NCBI GenBank assembly: GCA_039208735.1
Contig: JBCCQY010000120.1
Location: forward strand, 1-27,749
Length of the DNA stretch: 27,749 nt
DNA from: Myxococcota bacterium
Lineage (GTDB): Bacteria > Myxococcota_A > UBA796 > GCA-2862545
Direction of reading: 5' to 3'
Both the position numbers and the translations under genes were made by a program. Below, one piece after another: positions 9,887-17,877 of the stretch. Positions within the stretch are counted from its first letter, which is position 1, and every line of letters begins with the position of its first letter. The notes beneath the pieces were generated by a model. That model worked only from the letters and a program-made list of their open reading frames with translations, had not been told where the DNA came from and ran no database searches.

Positions 9887-10035
9887 GGCTCCACTTCATT
9901 TGCGTCCCCGTATTTGACGATGGTAAGGCGCAGGCCGAACTCAACCGGTTCCTGGCAACCCATCGCGTCGTGGCGGTCGACCGCCAGCTCCTTGCGTTCC
10001 GGGCCGTTTGTGCGTCATACGCCGACCAGCCATGA
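9883..10035 (+). pseudogene. 50-aa ORF resembling the N-terminal part of DGR-associated HRDC accessory proteins; HRDC domain missing
   Basis: Not in the ORF track. Translates as MRLHFICVPVFDDGKAQAELNRFLATHRVVAVDRQLLAFRAVCASYADQP*. It has a GAGGA RBS at 9872-9876 and ATGA overlaps at both ends (9883-9886, 10032-10035). The family match is recalled from the F.IPv......ELNrFL..HRV..VDRq pattern, not searched. Confidence 0.7.
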
Positions 10036-10961
10036 CCCATCCGCTTGCGCGAGGTGCGCCACCGCTTTGGGCGTCCGAATGGGGAGAAGACGGCTTCGGA
10101 CCCTTTGTCGCCTTTGAGGTCGAAGGCGTGGTCCAGCGGATGCGGTGGATTCGCAAGGGCACGTTCTGGATGGGTTCCCCCGACGAGGAGAGCGGCCGTC
10201 GAGATGACGAAGCGCGTCATCTCGTCACCCTCCCTCGTGGATTCTGGCTCGCCGACACGCCAGTCACTCAGGCGCTTTGGGAGACGGTTATGGGCGATAA
10301 TCCGAGCCGGTTTCGCTTGCCATTGCGACCGGTAGAGCAGGTGAACTGTGAAGAGGCTCAAGCCTTTTGTAAGGCTCTGGATACCCGTGTTCCGGGACTG
10401 AACCCACGGCTGCCGACCGAGGCGGAATGGGAACGCGCGTGTCGAGCGGGCACTGAAACGGCGACGTGGATCGGAGACCTTGAGCTTCTCGGCGAGCGAA
10501 ACGCCCCTTTGCTCGATTCCATTGCTTGGTACGGCGGGAATAGTGGTGTGAACTTCGACCTCGAGGAGGGGCACGACAGTGCGAGGTGGGACGAAACGCA
10601 GTACGCGCACAAGAAAGCAGGCACGCGCAAGGTAGCCCTGAAGGACGCGAACCCGTGGGGGCTGTACGACATGCTTGGCAACGTCTACGAGTGGTGTGCG
10701 GACGTCTACGAACGACAACTACACACTGGACGTAGACGATTCTCCGTGTACACGGACAATATCGAAGGCTCGCTCCGAGTGATTCGTGGTGGGTCGTGGC
10801 TCAGCCTCGCGGGGAGCGTGCGTGCAGCGTACCGCGACGCGTTCGAGACTGGATTTCGACGCACTAACCTTGGATTTCGTGTTGCTGGAGGTCCTGCGCC
10901 AATTGGCGGAGCCCAGGAGGCGGAGCCGACGAAGAGGTCGGGGGACCCGACCAAGGGGTGA
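10032..10961 (+). CDS. Stand-alone FGE-sulfatase (CLec-fold) domain protein
   Basis: Start ATG 10032 (MTHPLARG) in an ATGA overlap. Motifs RLPTEAEWERAC, NPWGLYDMLGNVYEWC and RVIRGGSW..LGFRVA. Closest to the second FGE domain of the upstream gene (shared GDLELLGxRNAPLLDxIAWYxGNSGV insert). Confidence 0.92.
   Translation: MTHPLARGAPPLWASEWGEDGFGPFVAFEVEGVVQRMRWIRKGTFWMGSPDEESGRRDDEARHLVTLPRGFWLADTPVTQALWETVMGDNPSRFRLPLRPVEQVNCEEAQAFCKALDTRVPGLNPRLPTEAEWERACRAGTETATWIGDLELLGERNAPLLDSIAWYGGNSGVNFDLEEGHDSARWDETQYAHKKAGTRKVALKDANPWGLYDMLGNVYEWCADVYERQLHTGRRRFSVYTDNIEGSLRVIRGGSWLSLAGSVRAAYRDAFETGFRRTNLGFRVAGGPAPIGGAQEAEPTKRSGDPTKG
10767..10914 (+). repeat. DGR variable-region-like repeat VR3
   Basis: GSLRVIRGGSWLSLAGSVRAAYRDAFETGFRRTNLGFRVAGGPAP; same scaffold, with more synonymous drift than VR1. 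Confidence 0.68.
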
Positions 10962-11249
10962 CGCGACGTCGGAGACGGCGAGGAGCCTGCGCTGAGGCCG
11001 TGCTCGCACACCGAGGTCCAGCCGCAACAACGGACTCATGGCGGCGCGAATAACGGAGATGTCGACCTGCTTCGGGGTCTTGTCGGCATGAGGATCGGTG
11101 ATGCTCGTGAGCGTTGGCGATCGTCCCGCACGACTCACTTTGTCGGAACTGCTTTCGTTCACACCCCCGTGAATTCGTACGACCTCGCGCTGTGGGCTTC
11201 GTCGCTCGACTACACGCCAGGTTTGTGAACTGGTTCACGGAAATGGGAA

Positions 11250-12149
11250 GTGGCAAGCTCTGGGCGTACCGGGGTTGGCATGTTCGTAGCTCTGTTCTTG
11301 TCGATGGGCGTTGGAAGTGACGCCGCAGCGCACCCTGGTGGTCTCGATCGCTATGGCTGCCATAACAACCGTCGTACCGGAGGCTACCACTGCCACAGGG
11401 CGCAACCGAGCCGTGCCCCTGTGGCTCGCCCGAGGCCACGTCCAAAGCAGCAACCCTTGCTTCAGCCTGACCCGGTGCCGAAACCCATCCTCGCGGGCCA
11501 AAGAGACGGCTGCAAGTACCGCGTGGGGAAAGGAGATACCTTCGCCGTGATCGCGAAGGAACATCAGCTCTCGGTGAACGAGCTTGAGGGATTGAATACC
11601 GATATCAAGGATATCAACTCACTCGAAGTCGGTGACTGGCTGGTCACAGACGAGCGGTGCATCAGCAAGGCAAACCCCCCACCGAGCCAATCCTCCACGT
11701 CAGGTCCCAAGACGTCGTCAGGGCGAACAGATGGCAGTGGGCTTCTCGGGTGCTCCTGCTGTGGCCTGATGACCTTTGGCTTCCTGGGCGTCCCGCTTCT
11801 CTTCTCGTTGGCGTTGGTAGGACGAAGGAAGAGGCGCCGGTTGGCCAAAGAAGAGCTTGAAAAGCTGGCACTTCAACTCCAGAACCTCGTCGGCCGACAA
11901 GACCCGGATTTGGCGAAGGATGGAACCAAACGCCCGTTGAACATATGCCTCTCTTGCCACGAAACGTGGTTCCCGAGAGGACAGGATCGATCCGAGAGTT
12001 GCGGCTCGTGCGGTTCGCAGATGGTGGTCTACGCAACCCCGACGGTGAAGCAGAACCTACCGGAAATTCAACGCATTTGGCGCGAGATGCGACAACTCGC
12101 GGATCGGAATTCCGGTCTTCGAGCATCGGTGCAGCTTGACGAAGTTTAA
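11250..12149 (+). CDS. Signal peptide - YHYH-type His/Cys domain - LysM - transmembrane helix - Zn-ribbon protein
   Basis: Signal-like FVALFLSMGVGSDAAA; AHPGGLDRYGCHNNRRTGGYHCH; LysM YRVGKGDTFAVIAKEHQLSVNELEGLN..SLEVGDWL; hydrophobic LMTFGFLGVPLLFSLALVG followed by RRKRRR; CLSC..CGSC. The start may be ATG 11280. Confidence 0.85.
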   Translation: MASSGRTGVGMFVALFLSMGVGSDAAAHPGGLDRYGCHNNRRTGGYHCHRAQPSRAPVARPRPRPKQQPLLQPDPVPKPILAGQRDGCKYRVGKGDTFAVIAKEHQLSVNELEGLNTDIKDINSLEVGDWLVTDERCISKANPPPSQSSTSGPKTSSGRTDGSGLLGCSCCGLMTFGFLGVPLLFSLALVGRRKRRRLAKEELEKLALQLQNLVGRQDPDLAKDGTKRPLNICLSCHETWFPRGQDRSESCGSCGSQMVVYATPTVKQNLPEIQRIWREMRQLADRNSGLRASVQLDEV

Positions 12150-12191
12150 ACCTTCTCATTCCGAATATGCCTTCACAAGGAAGACCCCACG

Positions 12192-12647
12192 ATGCGCATT
12201 CTGAGTGTTTCCCTTCCTGCAGGTTTGATGCTGTCGAACTCATCGCTTGCTCAAGAACCCAGCTTTGTTGGCACATGGAACATCGTGGTCCAAGTTGAGC
12301 AGTCCTCATGCAAGAATCTTGTAGGTACCGAAGTCCCCTTCCAATGGAACATTGGCCGGGCGGCAGACGGCACCTACTTCGTGGGCAAGAAGGAGGTCGC
12401 CGACAAGAGAACGCAATTGCCGTACACCGGTCGTGCGAAGGACGGCGTGCTGACCCTTCGTGGTGGACAAGTGGAGCTTGTCTACAGCCAGCACCTGGTG
12501 TCCCTTCCAATGGTGTTCGAACTTGAGAAGAAGGGTGAACGGCTATCGGGTCGAGTCATCGGATCGATGAAGCCTGATTCTCGGAAGGTCAATGGTGCAA
12601 CCTTGCATCCGGTTTGCGCCATCACCGGTCGTGTCACGTCGCGCTGA
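12192..12647 (+). CDS. Hypothetical secreted beta-rich protein
   Basis: Signal-like MRILSVSLPAGLMLSNSSLA|QEP; FVGTW motif; two Cys; GGAAG upstream. Confidence 0.65.
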   Translation: MRILSVSLPAGLMLSNSSLAQEPSFVGTWNIVVQVEQSSCKNLVGTEVPFQWNIGRAADGTYFVGKKEVADKRTQLPYTGRAKDGVLTLRGGQVELVYSQHLVSLPMVFELEKKGERLSGRVIGSMKPDSRKVNGATLHPVCAITGRVTSR

Positions 12648-12830
12648 CGTGTGTACGCACAGCCAACCAGGCCAACAGCGCACCAGCGAAAGCGTGAGGA
12701 TCTTTACCGGTTCACAGGCCTGTGAATCATCCGGAGTAAGCGTAATCGATGTGTTCACAACCTGACGGTTGCCGAGCCCGAACCCGACCAAGCGCTCAGG
12801 TGTAGGCTCTCGCCTGCACAAGGCTTGGGA

Positions 12831-13115
12831 GTGGCGGTGGCTGAAATCGCCGAAAAAGTGAAGTTCTGGGAGGAGCAGCAGCAGATCAACGACCTGCTCA
12901 TCCCGCGCGTCGTGCAGGCCACCAAGACGGTCGAGACCGTTGCAGGCCAGGTGACCGCGTTGACGGAACGCGTCGTTGCGCAACAAGCAGAGCTGGCAGA
13001 GGCGACGAAGCGAGTTCGGCGGCTTGAGCGGTGGTGCCTGGCGGCATCGGTTGTCGCCGTCGTGGCCTGCGTGGCGGCGGTCGGGGCATCGCTTTTAGCG
13101 ACAGGAGTGCTGTGA
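12831..13115 (+). CDS. Small coiled-coil protein with C-terminal membrane helix
   Basis: Heptad-like segment followed by hydrophobic WCLAASVVAVVACVAAVGASLLA. TGATG overlap with the next gene. Start uncertain (12825-12837). Confidence 0.65.
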   Translation: MAVAEIAEKVKFWEEQQQINDLLIPRVVQATKTVETVAGQVTALTERVVAQQAELAEATKRVRRLERWCLAASVVAVVACVAAVGASLLATGVL

Positions 13116-14239
13116 TGGGTTCGTTCGACGAGCAGATCCACGCCCTGCAAGTGCTTGGCCCCGTAGCGCCAATACCGCGCGACGAAATTCGTCAGCGGCT
13201 CGCGGAGACCATGGCATCGCACGTCGCTGTGGGTACCGCCGTCGCCATCGAGGCTGCGCTCCTGTCCGTGACGAGGAGCACGGGTCCGACAGCCGATGTG
13301 CTCGCCGCGTTCAAAGACGCCTACCCCAAGCTGGCTGAACGCGTAACGGCATCGGAGCATTTCACCACCCTTTTCCGCAAAGGTCCTTCCCATGTGAACG
13401 GCTTCGTGCACGGCCTGCGCGGCAAGCTGTTCGAGGAGAAGCTCCCCGACGTTCTTGAGGATGCCATTCCGGGTTCGCACTCCTGGGAGTTGGCGGAAGA
13501 CCCCACTCAGCCGTTCTGGGACCTGAAGGGGATCGGGGCGGATGGGAAGGAAATCTTCGTCCAAGCGAAGGCGCGCGTGGCCGCCTCTGCTGGCGACGTG
13601 ATCGAGTCGATGGAGGCGGATGGTGCAGTCGAGCTGTTCGCGGTCACCAAGGAGCTTGGCGAAGCGATCACGGCCCTGCGGCCGGATCTCGCCGGCCGTA
13701 TCGTGGACGGCGAGTTCACGAATGCCGAGCTGGACGACGAGACCTTCGACTCGCTCGAGTCGCTCACCCAGCACCTGAATGTCGATGTGCCCGACGCCGT
13801 CACGGACATGCTGCCCTACATCGGCGACGTGGTGTTGGGCCTACGGCTCCTACTCGATGTGGCGCAGAACGAGCGGGCGTTGGCCACAATGAAGCGTGGC
13901 GACAAGGTTCGGCTTCACGGTGTACGTGCTGCGGCGCTTCTTGCAAGGTTCGGTGTGACTACCGTTTGCACCACGGTTGGTGGTGCGGTCGGGGCGGGTG
14001 CGGGAACCGTGATTCCAGGTCCAGGCAACGCGATCGGGGCACTGGGTGGCGTGGTCGCCGGTGCGCTGGGGGCGGGTCAGCTGAACAAGCATGTGCAGCC
14101 ACGTCTGCTTGAGCTTGGGATGAAGCTCGCGAATGTCTCGGCGGATGAGATGTTCTACCACCGGAACAAGAACTCGATCGACGGGATTGGGGAGCGGCTC
14201 CGGGAGCAACGCGATGAGGCGAGCCGCAGAGTGGCATGA
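13115..14239 (+). CDS. Hypothetical protein with PD-(D/E)xK-like motif and C-terminal glycine-zipper membrane segment
   Basis: AGGAG RBS and TGATG overlap put the start at 13115. GKLFE...QPFWDL...IFVQAK pattern; GGAVGAGAGTVIPGPGNAIGALGGVVAGALG zipper. Confidence 0.75.
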   Translation: MGSFDEQIHALQVLGPVAPIPRDEIRQRLAETMASHVAVGTAVAIEAALLSVTRSTGPTADVLAAFKDAYPKLAERVTASEHFTTLFRKGPSHVNGFVHGLRGKLFEEKLPDVLEDAIPGSHSWELAEDPTQPFWDLKGIGADGKEIFVQAKARVAASAGDVIESMEADGAVELFAVTKELGEAITALRPDLAGRIVDGEFTNAELDDETFDSLESLTQHLNVDVPDAVTDMLPYIGDVVLGLRLLLDVAQNERALATMKRGDKVRLHGVRAAALLARFGVTTVCTTVGGAVGAGAGTVIPGPGNAIGALGGVVAGALGAGQLNKHVQPRLLELGMKLANVSADEMFYHRNKNSIDGIGERLREQRDEASRRVA

Positions 14240-14385
14240 GCTTGAAGCCCACCACTGCCGTTCCGGCAGATACAGAACCTGTGGTGTCTTGGAGGACGAT
14301 GCGTAGACCCGACCCTTACTCGGGGCCGTGGCTTCGCCAAACACACGTCCAGTCTTATCGTAAGACGATTGTTTCGGAGGTTTTC

Positions 14386-15579
14386 ATGGGAAATGCTGAC
14401 AAGGAACACTTCGACTCATACCGGGACCAAACACGTATAAAGCACACAATTCTCGAGAGGTATCTGAGGGCCTACTTCACTATCATGAACAAGCGAGCAG
14501 ACCGGCTGGTCTACATCGACGGATTTGCTGGTCGTGGGAGCTACGCAAGCCAAACAGGCCCCGTAGATGGCTCCCCCTTGCGGGCATTGGGGGCTATTGC
14601 GTCAATCGAACGGCTTCGTGGTAAGGTCGAGACCTTGTTCATTGAACGTGACCGCAGATACCTCAAGAGCCTGCAGGAGGCCGTTGAACTCTTCTGCATC
14701 GAAGAACCTGATCTCCTCCGCCCAGAACTTGGAGAAGGCCGCTTTGCCCGTGTCCTAACGGACAAGCTTGATGCGGCGGAGCGAGCCGGCAGCAGGCTTC
14801 CCCCGACCTTTCTGTTCGTCGATCCGTGTGGGGTACAGGGGACCTCGTTTGAAGTGATTTCGAGAGTGCTGGAACGGCCGTTATGCGAGGCCTTTATCTT
14901 CTTCAACCTCGATGGAATAAGTAGGATTATTGGTCAGGATAACAGTGACTCCGAGACGTTGGCCGAGGTACTGGGCAGCGAGGCTCGGGTAAAAGATTTT
15001 CTGGACGCCCTACGTCCTCTCCGCAATCCACAAGCGCGGGAGGACCACATAATCCATACCTATCGCAACCTGCTGTCGAACGAGACCCCTGCAACCTACA
15101 TTGCGCCATTCCGGGTCGAGTTTGAAGAGCGAAGGCGCACGAGCCACTATCTCATCCATGCTACGAAACATAAGCTTGGATTCAAAATCATGAAGGACAT
15201 CATGTGGCAGAATGGGCGGCGGCAAGATGGTCCTGGAGGCTTGGAGTACCAACAAGCAAGCATGGAGAAGCAGTTCTCAATGTTTGACTATCAGCAGGCG
15301 ACCGTTGTCAAGACGATTACGCGAGAACTTGAAACTTGCACAAGGTGCAGGGTAGAGCACTTTACTGATCAACTGGCCGGTCGGGCCGAGGACCTGGTGG
15401 CACCAAGAGGCTATCGTGATGCGCTCCAACACATGGAAAGACAAGGGACAATCATCGTCGAGGCGAAAGATGGAAGCGGAGAAAGAGCCAAGCGGCAACC
15501 GGGCACGCTCGGTGATGAGTACTTTGTGACACTTAGTCGCAATCATGCACCACCGCAAACCAGCATGTTCCGTCCATAG
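14386..15579 (+). CDS. tcmP: Three-Cys-motif partner protein TcmP (methyltransferase-fold)
   Basis: TRIKHTILERYLRAY, VYIDGFAGRG, LFIE, FLFVDPCG, YLIHATKHKLG; adjacent to a DUF5131 gene. GGAGG RBS at 14376-14380 supports ATG 14386. The alternative start at 14236 overlaps the upstream stop (ATGA). Confidence 0.85.
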   Translation: MGNADKEHFDSYRDQTRIKHTILERYLRAYFTIMNKRADRLVYIDGFAGRGSYASQTGPVDGSPLRALGAIASIERLRGKVETLFIERDRRYLKSLQEAVELFCIEEPDLLRPELGEGRFARVLTDKLDAAERAGSRLPPTFLFVDPCGVQGTSFEVISRVLERPLCEAFIFFNLDGISRIIGQDNSDSETLAEVLGSEARVKDFLDALRPLRNPQAREDHIIHTYRNLLSNETPATYIAPFRVEFEERRRTSHYLIHATKHKLGFKIMKDIMWQNGRRQDGPGGLEYQQASMEKQFSMFDYQQATVVKTITRELETCTRCRVEHFTDQLAGRAEDLVAPRGYRDALQHMERQGTIIVEAKDGSGERAKRQPGTLGDEYFVTLSRNHAPPQTSMFRP

Positions 15580-15754
15580 CTCCAAAAAGGTAAGACTCTT
15601 GCGAGCAGCACCCGCCGGCATTTCGTTTGCCAATATGCTGTACGATGAGTCAACTCGAGTTGTCGTATCTCGAACCGATGCTTGGTCGATCTGCAGTCGT
15701 GAACCAAAGGAGAATCCAGACACACGAGATCCTGACCGAAATCCACCGATGTGC

Positions 15755-16543
15755 TTACGACGCGTAGCACTCAATCCCGTTCCTTCGTTGTCCCTCCGAA
15801 TCTGAAGATGCCGCCGGCCAGTCCTCCCAGGTACGACCATCGAGTTCTCGCCCGCCTGCTTTCGACGTTCTTCCGCCCCATTGCTTGAAGAAGAACGGTA
15901 CGTCTTCCGCAATACACAGGTCTCGTACCTCGCGTATCCAATCCAGGAGCACAGGGCGGTGATTCGGTCCTGACTCACCACCTACGATGACCCAATCGAT
16001 TCGGTCGAGTCGTAATTGGTTGATGGAGCCCAATAGAGGTTCGCAGGATAGGAATCGGACCTTGGCGGGCGTTTGTCGGAGGTGATCTACACGGGCCAGC
16101 ACCGAATCATCTTCTACGCTCGTGCCAAGCCACAAGTTGTCGGGCCACGGAAGGCGGTGTGCCAGCCTCAGTGCTCGTAGCGGACGCTTCGTTAGCAGTT
16201 GGTACTGGTGTTGGGGCGTTTCTTGGATGACACTAAACACGCTTTCAACAAAGGATACCGGAACTTTTGCGTGGAACAAGTCGCTCATACTATTGACGAA
16301 GATTCGTCTGGGCTTCCGCCACCGACGAGGGATGTCGAGTGCGCTTTCATGCACTGTCAAACCGAACCCGGGACCCGAGGTCTTCGGGTTGCCATCTCGT
16401 TGGTACTTTCCCACGCCCATCGCCTTGAGACGCGCAGCCAGCGCAAGAGCGTAGCAGTTATCGCAGCCTCGGCTGATCCTGTCGCACCCAGTGGTGGGAT
16501 TCCATGTGGCGTCCGTCCATTCGATATTGCTGCCATGAGACAT
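15755..16543 (-). CDS. DUF5131 family (phage Gp37/Gp68-like, radical-SAM-like three-Cys) protein
   Basis: SNIEWTDATWNPTTGCDRISRGCDNCYA, IFVNSMSDLFH, LLTKRP, FLSCEPLLG, WVIVGGESG, FFFKQWGG. Start ATG 16543 with GGAG upstream. Confidence 0.95.
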   Translation of the reverse strand: MSHGSNIEWTDATWNPTTGCDRISRGCDNCYALALAARLKAMGVGKYQRDGNPKTSGPGFGLTVHESALDIPRRWRKPRRIFVNSMSDLFHAKVPVSFVESVFSVIQETPQHQYQLLTKRPLRALRLAHRLPWPDNLWLGTSVEDDSVLARVDHLRQTPAKVRFLSCEPLLGSINQLRLDRIDWVIVGGESGPNHRPVLLDWIREVRDLCIAEDVPFFFKQWGGRTSKAGGRELDGRTWEDWPAASSDSEGQRRNGIECYAS

Positions 16544-16832
16544 TCGTACTCCAGCGATCTCGGCGCAGTATCTGGATTCCAGTTTCGGTGTCAATGGGCT
16601 GGCCCGAAACCCTCCGCAACTTCCGGTATGTCAGAGGACTAAGCTCTTGATTTGCGAGCCTAGGTTTAGGGAGTTCCCGGATCTGCACGCCTCGAACGTA
16701 TGTTCAGTTGGCACATAAGAGCTTGGGGTCGTGGACGCGACGAACAAGTGCCTTGGCTGCCAGTGAGCACTCCGCGAAGCTGGTAACAACTTGCAATGCG
16801 CCCTCGAGGCCCAGATTACCGCACCGCGGAAT

Positions 16833-17147
16833 TCAGGTGGCGACACTGGCGTCGCGAGTCTTCAGGGGCGGGTGACCAAGCCGTCTACGAATGCGGAGGC
16901 CGTCGAGTCCTGACGTAGCACTCTCGCCTGAGGGCTCTTGGTGGATGTAGATGTCGAAGGTGTCGAGTCGCTCGCCTGGGGTGGCACCATAGGCATGCAT
17001 CAGTAGTCCAAGCTTCCGAGGGATCGGAAGCGCCTCCTCTGACTCATAAGAGTAGATTGTGCGGCGTGGGATGCCGGTCAACATCACCACCTCGCGCACT
17101 GATAGTCCTTTGTTCTTCCTCATACGTCTGAGGTGAGCACCAAGCAT
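16833..17147 (-). CDS. XRE-family helix-turn-helix regulator
   Basis: MLGAHLRRMRKNKGLSVREVVMLTGIPRRTIYSYESEEALP. AGGAG lies 7 nt upstream of ATG 17147; the longer track ORF overlaps the divergent gene. Confidence 0.82.
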   Translation of the reverse strand: MLGAHLRRMRKNKGLSVREVVMLTGIPRRTIYSYESEEALPIPRKLGLLMHAYGATPGERLDTFDIYIHQEPSGESATSGLDGLRIRRRLGHPPLKTRDASVAT

Positions 17148-17240
17148 CACTCGGCTCCTGTGCGATATCATCGCTCTATCATCATGCGGGAGATTCGAGC
17201 AACTCCACCGCTCGTCTCGGGTCGGCCTACGCTGTGAGCG

Positions 17241-17612
17241 ATGAATGCAATGGATACGATAGGCGCCGCGCTTCGACGCCGCCGAGAAGAGCGCGGACTC
17301 ACGGTGCGTGACGTCTCCGAGGCCACCGGTGTGGCCTACAGCACAGTAGCGGGCATAGAACGTGGCCAGAACACGACGATGGAGCGGCTGGAACAGCTCT
17401 TTGAGTTCTACAACCTTCGTTTCACACCGGTGATTGAGTCCGCTGATCAAGAGCCGGAGAGCCTGCCCCTCTTCAAGGTTCCGCTCGACCGAAGGGTTGT
17501 GGCGCACCGGATCGTCGAATCACTGCCAACGCTGGCGGACGCCCAACTCGCGACGCTCAACAGCCTCATCAGCCTGTTCGAAGAGACCGCGAGTGAGAAG
17601 GAAGCAAGGTAG
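17241..17612 (+). CDS. XRE-family helix-turn-helix regulator
   Basis: IGAALRRRREERGLTVRDVSEATGVAYSTVAGIERGQNTTMERLEQL; divergent from the other XRE gene. Confidence 0.9.
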   Translation: MNAMDTIGAALRRRREERGLTVRDVSEATGVAYSTVAGIERGQNTTMERLEQLFEFYNLRFTPVIESADQEPESLPLFKVPLDRRVVAHRIVESLPTLADAQLATLNSLISLFEETASEKEAR

Positions 17613-17877
17613 CTGCAGGCTTAGGGGTTGGAGGCGATTCGCCCGAGTCAGGTAAGCAGAGATGTCGTGTTTTGTCATCGCATCGGCGCATTTTGTGCGA
17701 CAGTGTCGCTCAACCAATAGTGTGATGGTGCCGCACAGAAGAGCCGCGATGCTTTCGGGGTTCCCTTCTCTGCGCTCGCTGCATCCAGCCCAGGGCCCCG
17801 GATGCGCGAACCCCCGAGGTGCGTTCGCCGGCAAGCACGCACACCCTGGGGGTCCACCGGCCCGATTGGGAACAACC

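Noticed and set aside
9168..10718. Long minus-strand ORFs here and at 4657..5868, 5376..6602, 6976..8196, 12755..13774, 17710..18759 and 19464..20627
   Set aside because: They are antisense to well-supported genes, as is typical of high-GC DNA, and carry no motifs.
8000..10900. FGE-sulfatase domains as true formylglycine-generating enzymes
   Set aside because: The catalytic Cys pair after RGGSW is absent and replaced by variable residues. They are better read as CLec-fold binding domains.
10962..11249. Searched for a DGR template repeat or RT remnant after the third CLec gene
   Set aside because: There is only an isolated gcaacaacgg. I found no AAC-rich copy of the VR scaffold here and no RT (YxDD) gene anywhere in the window.
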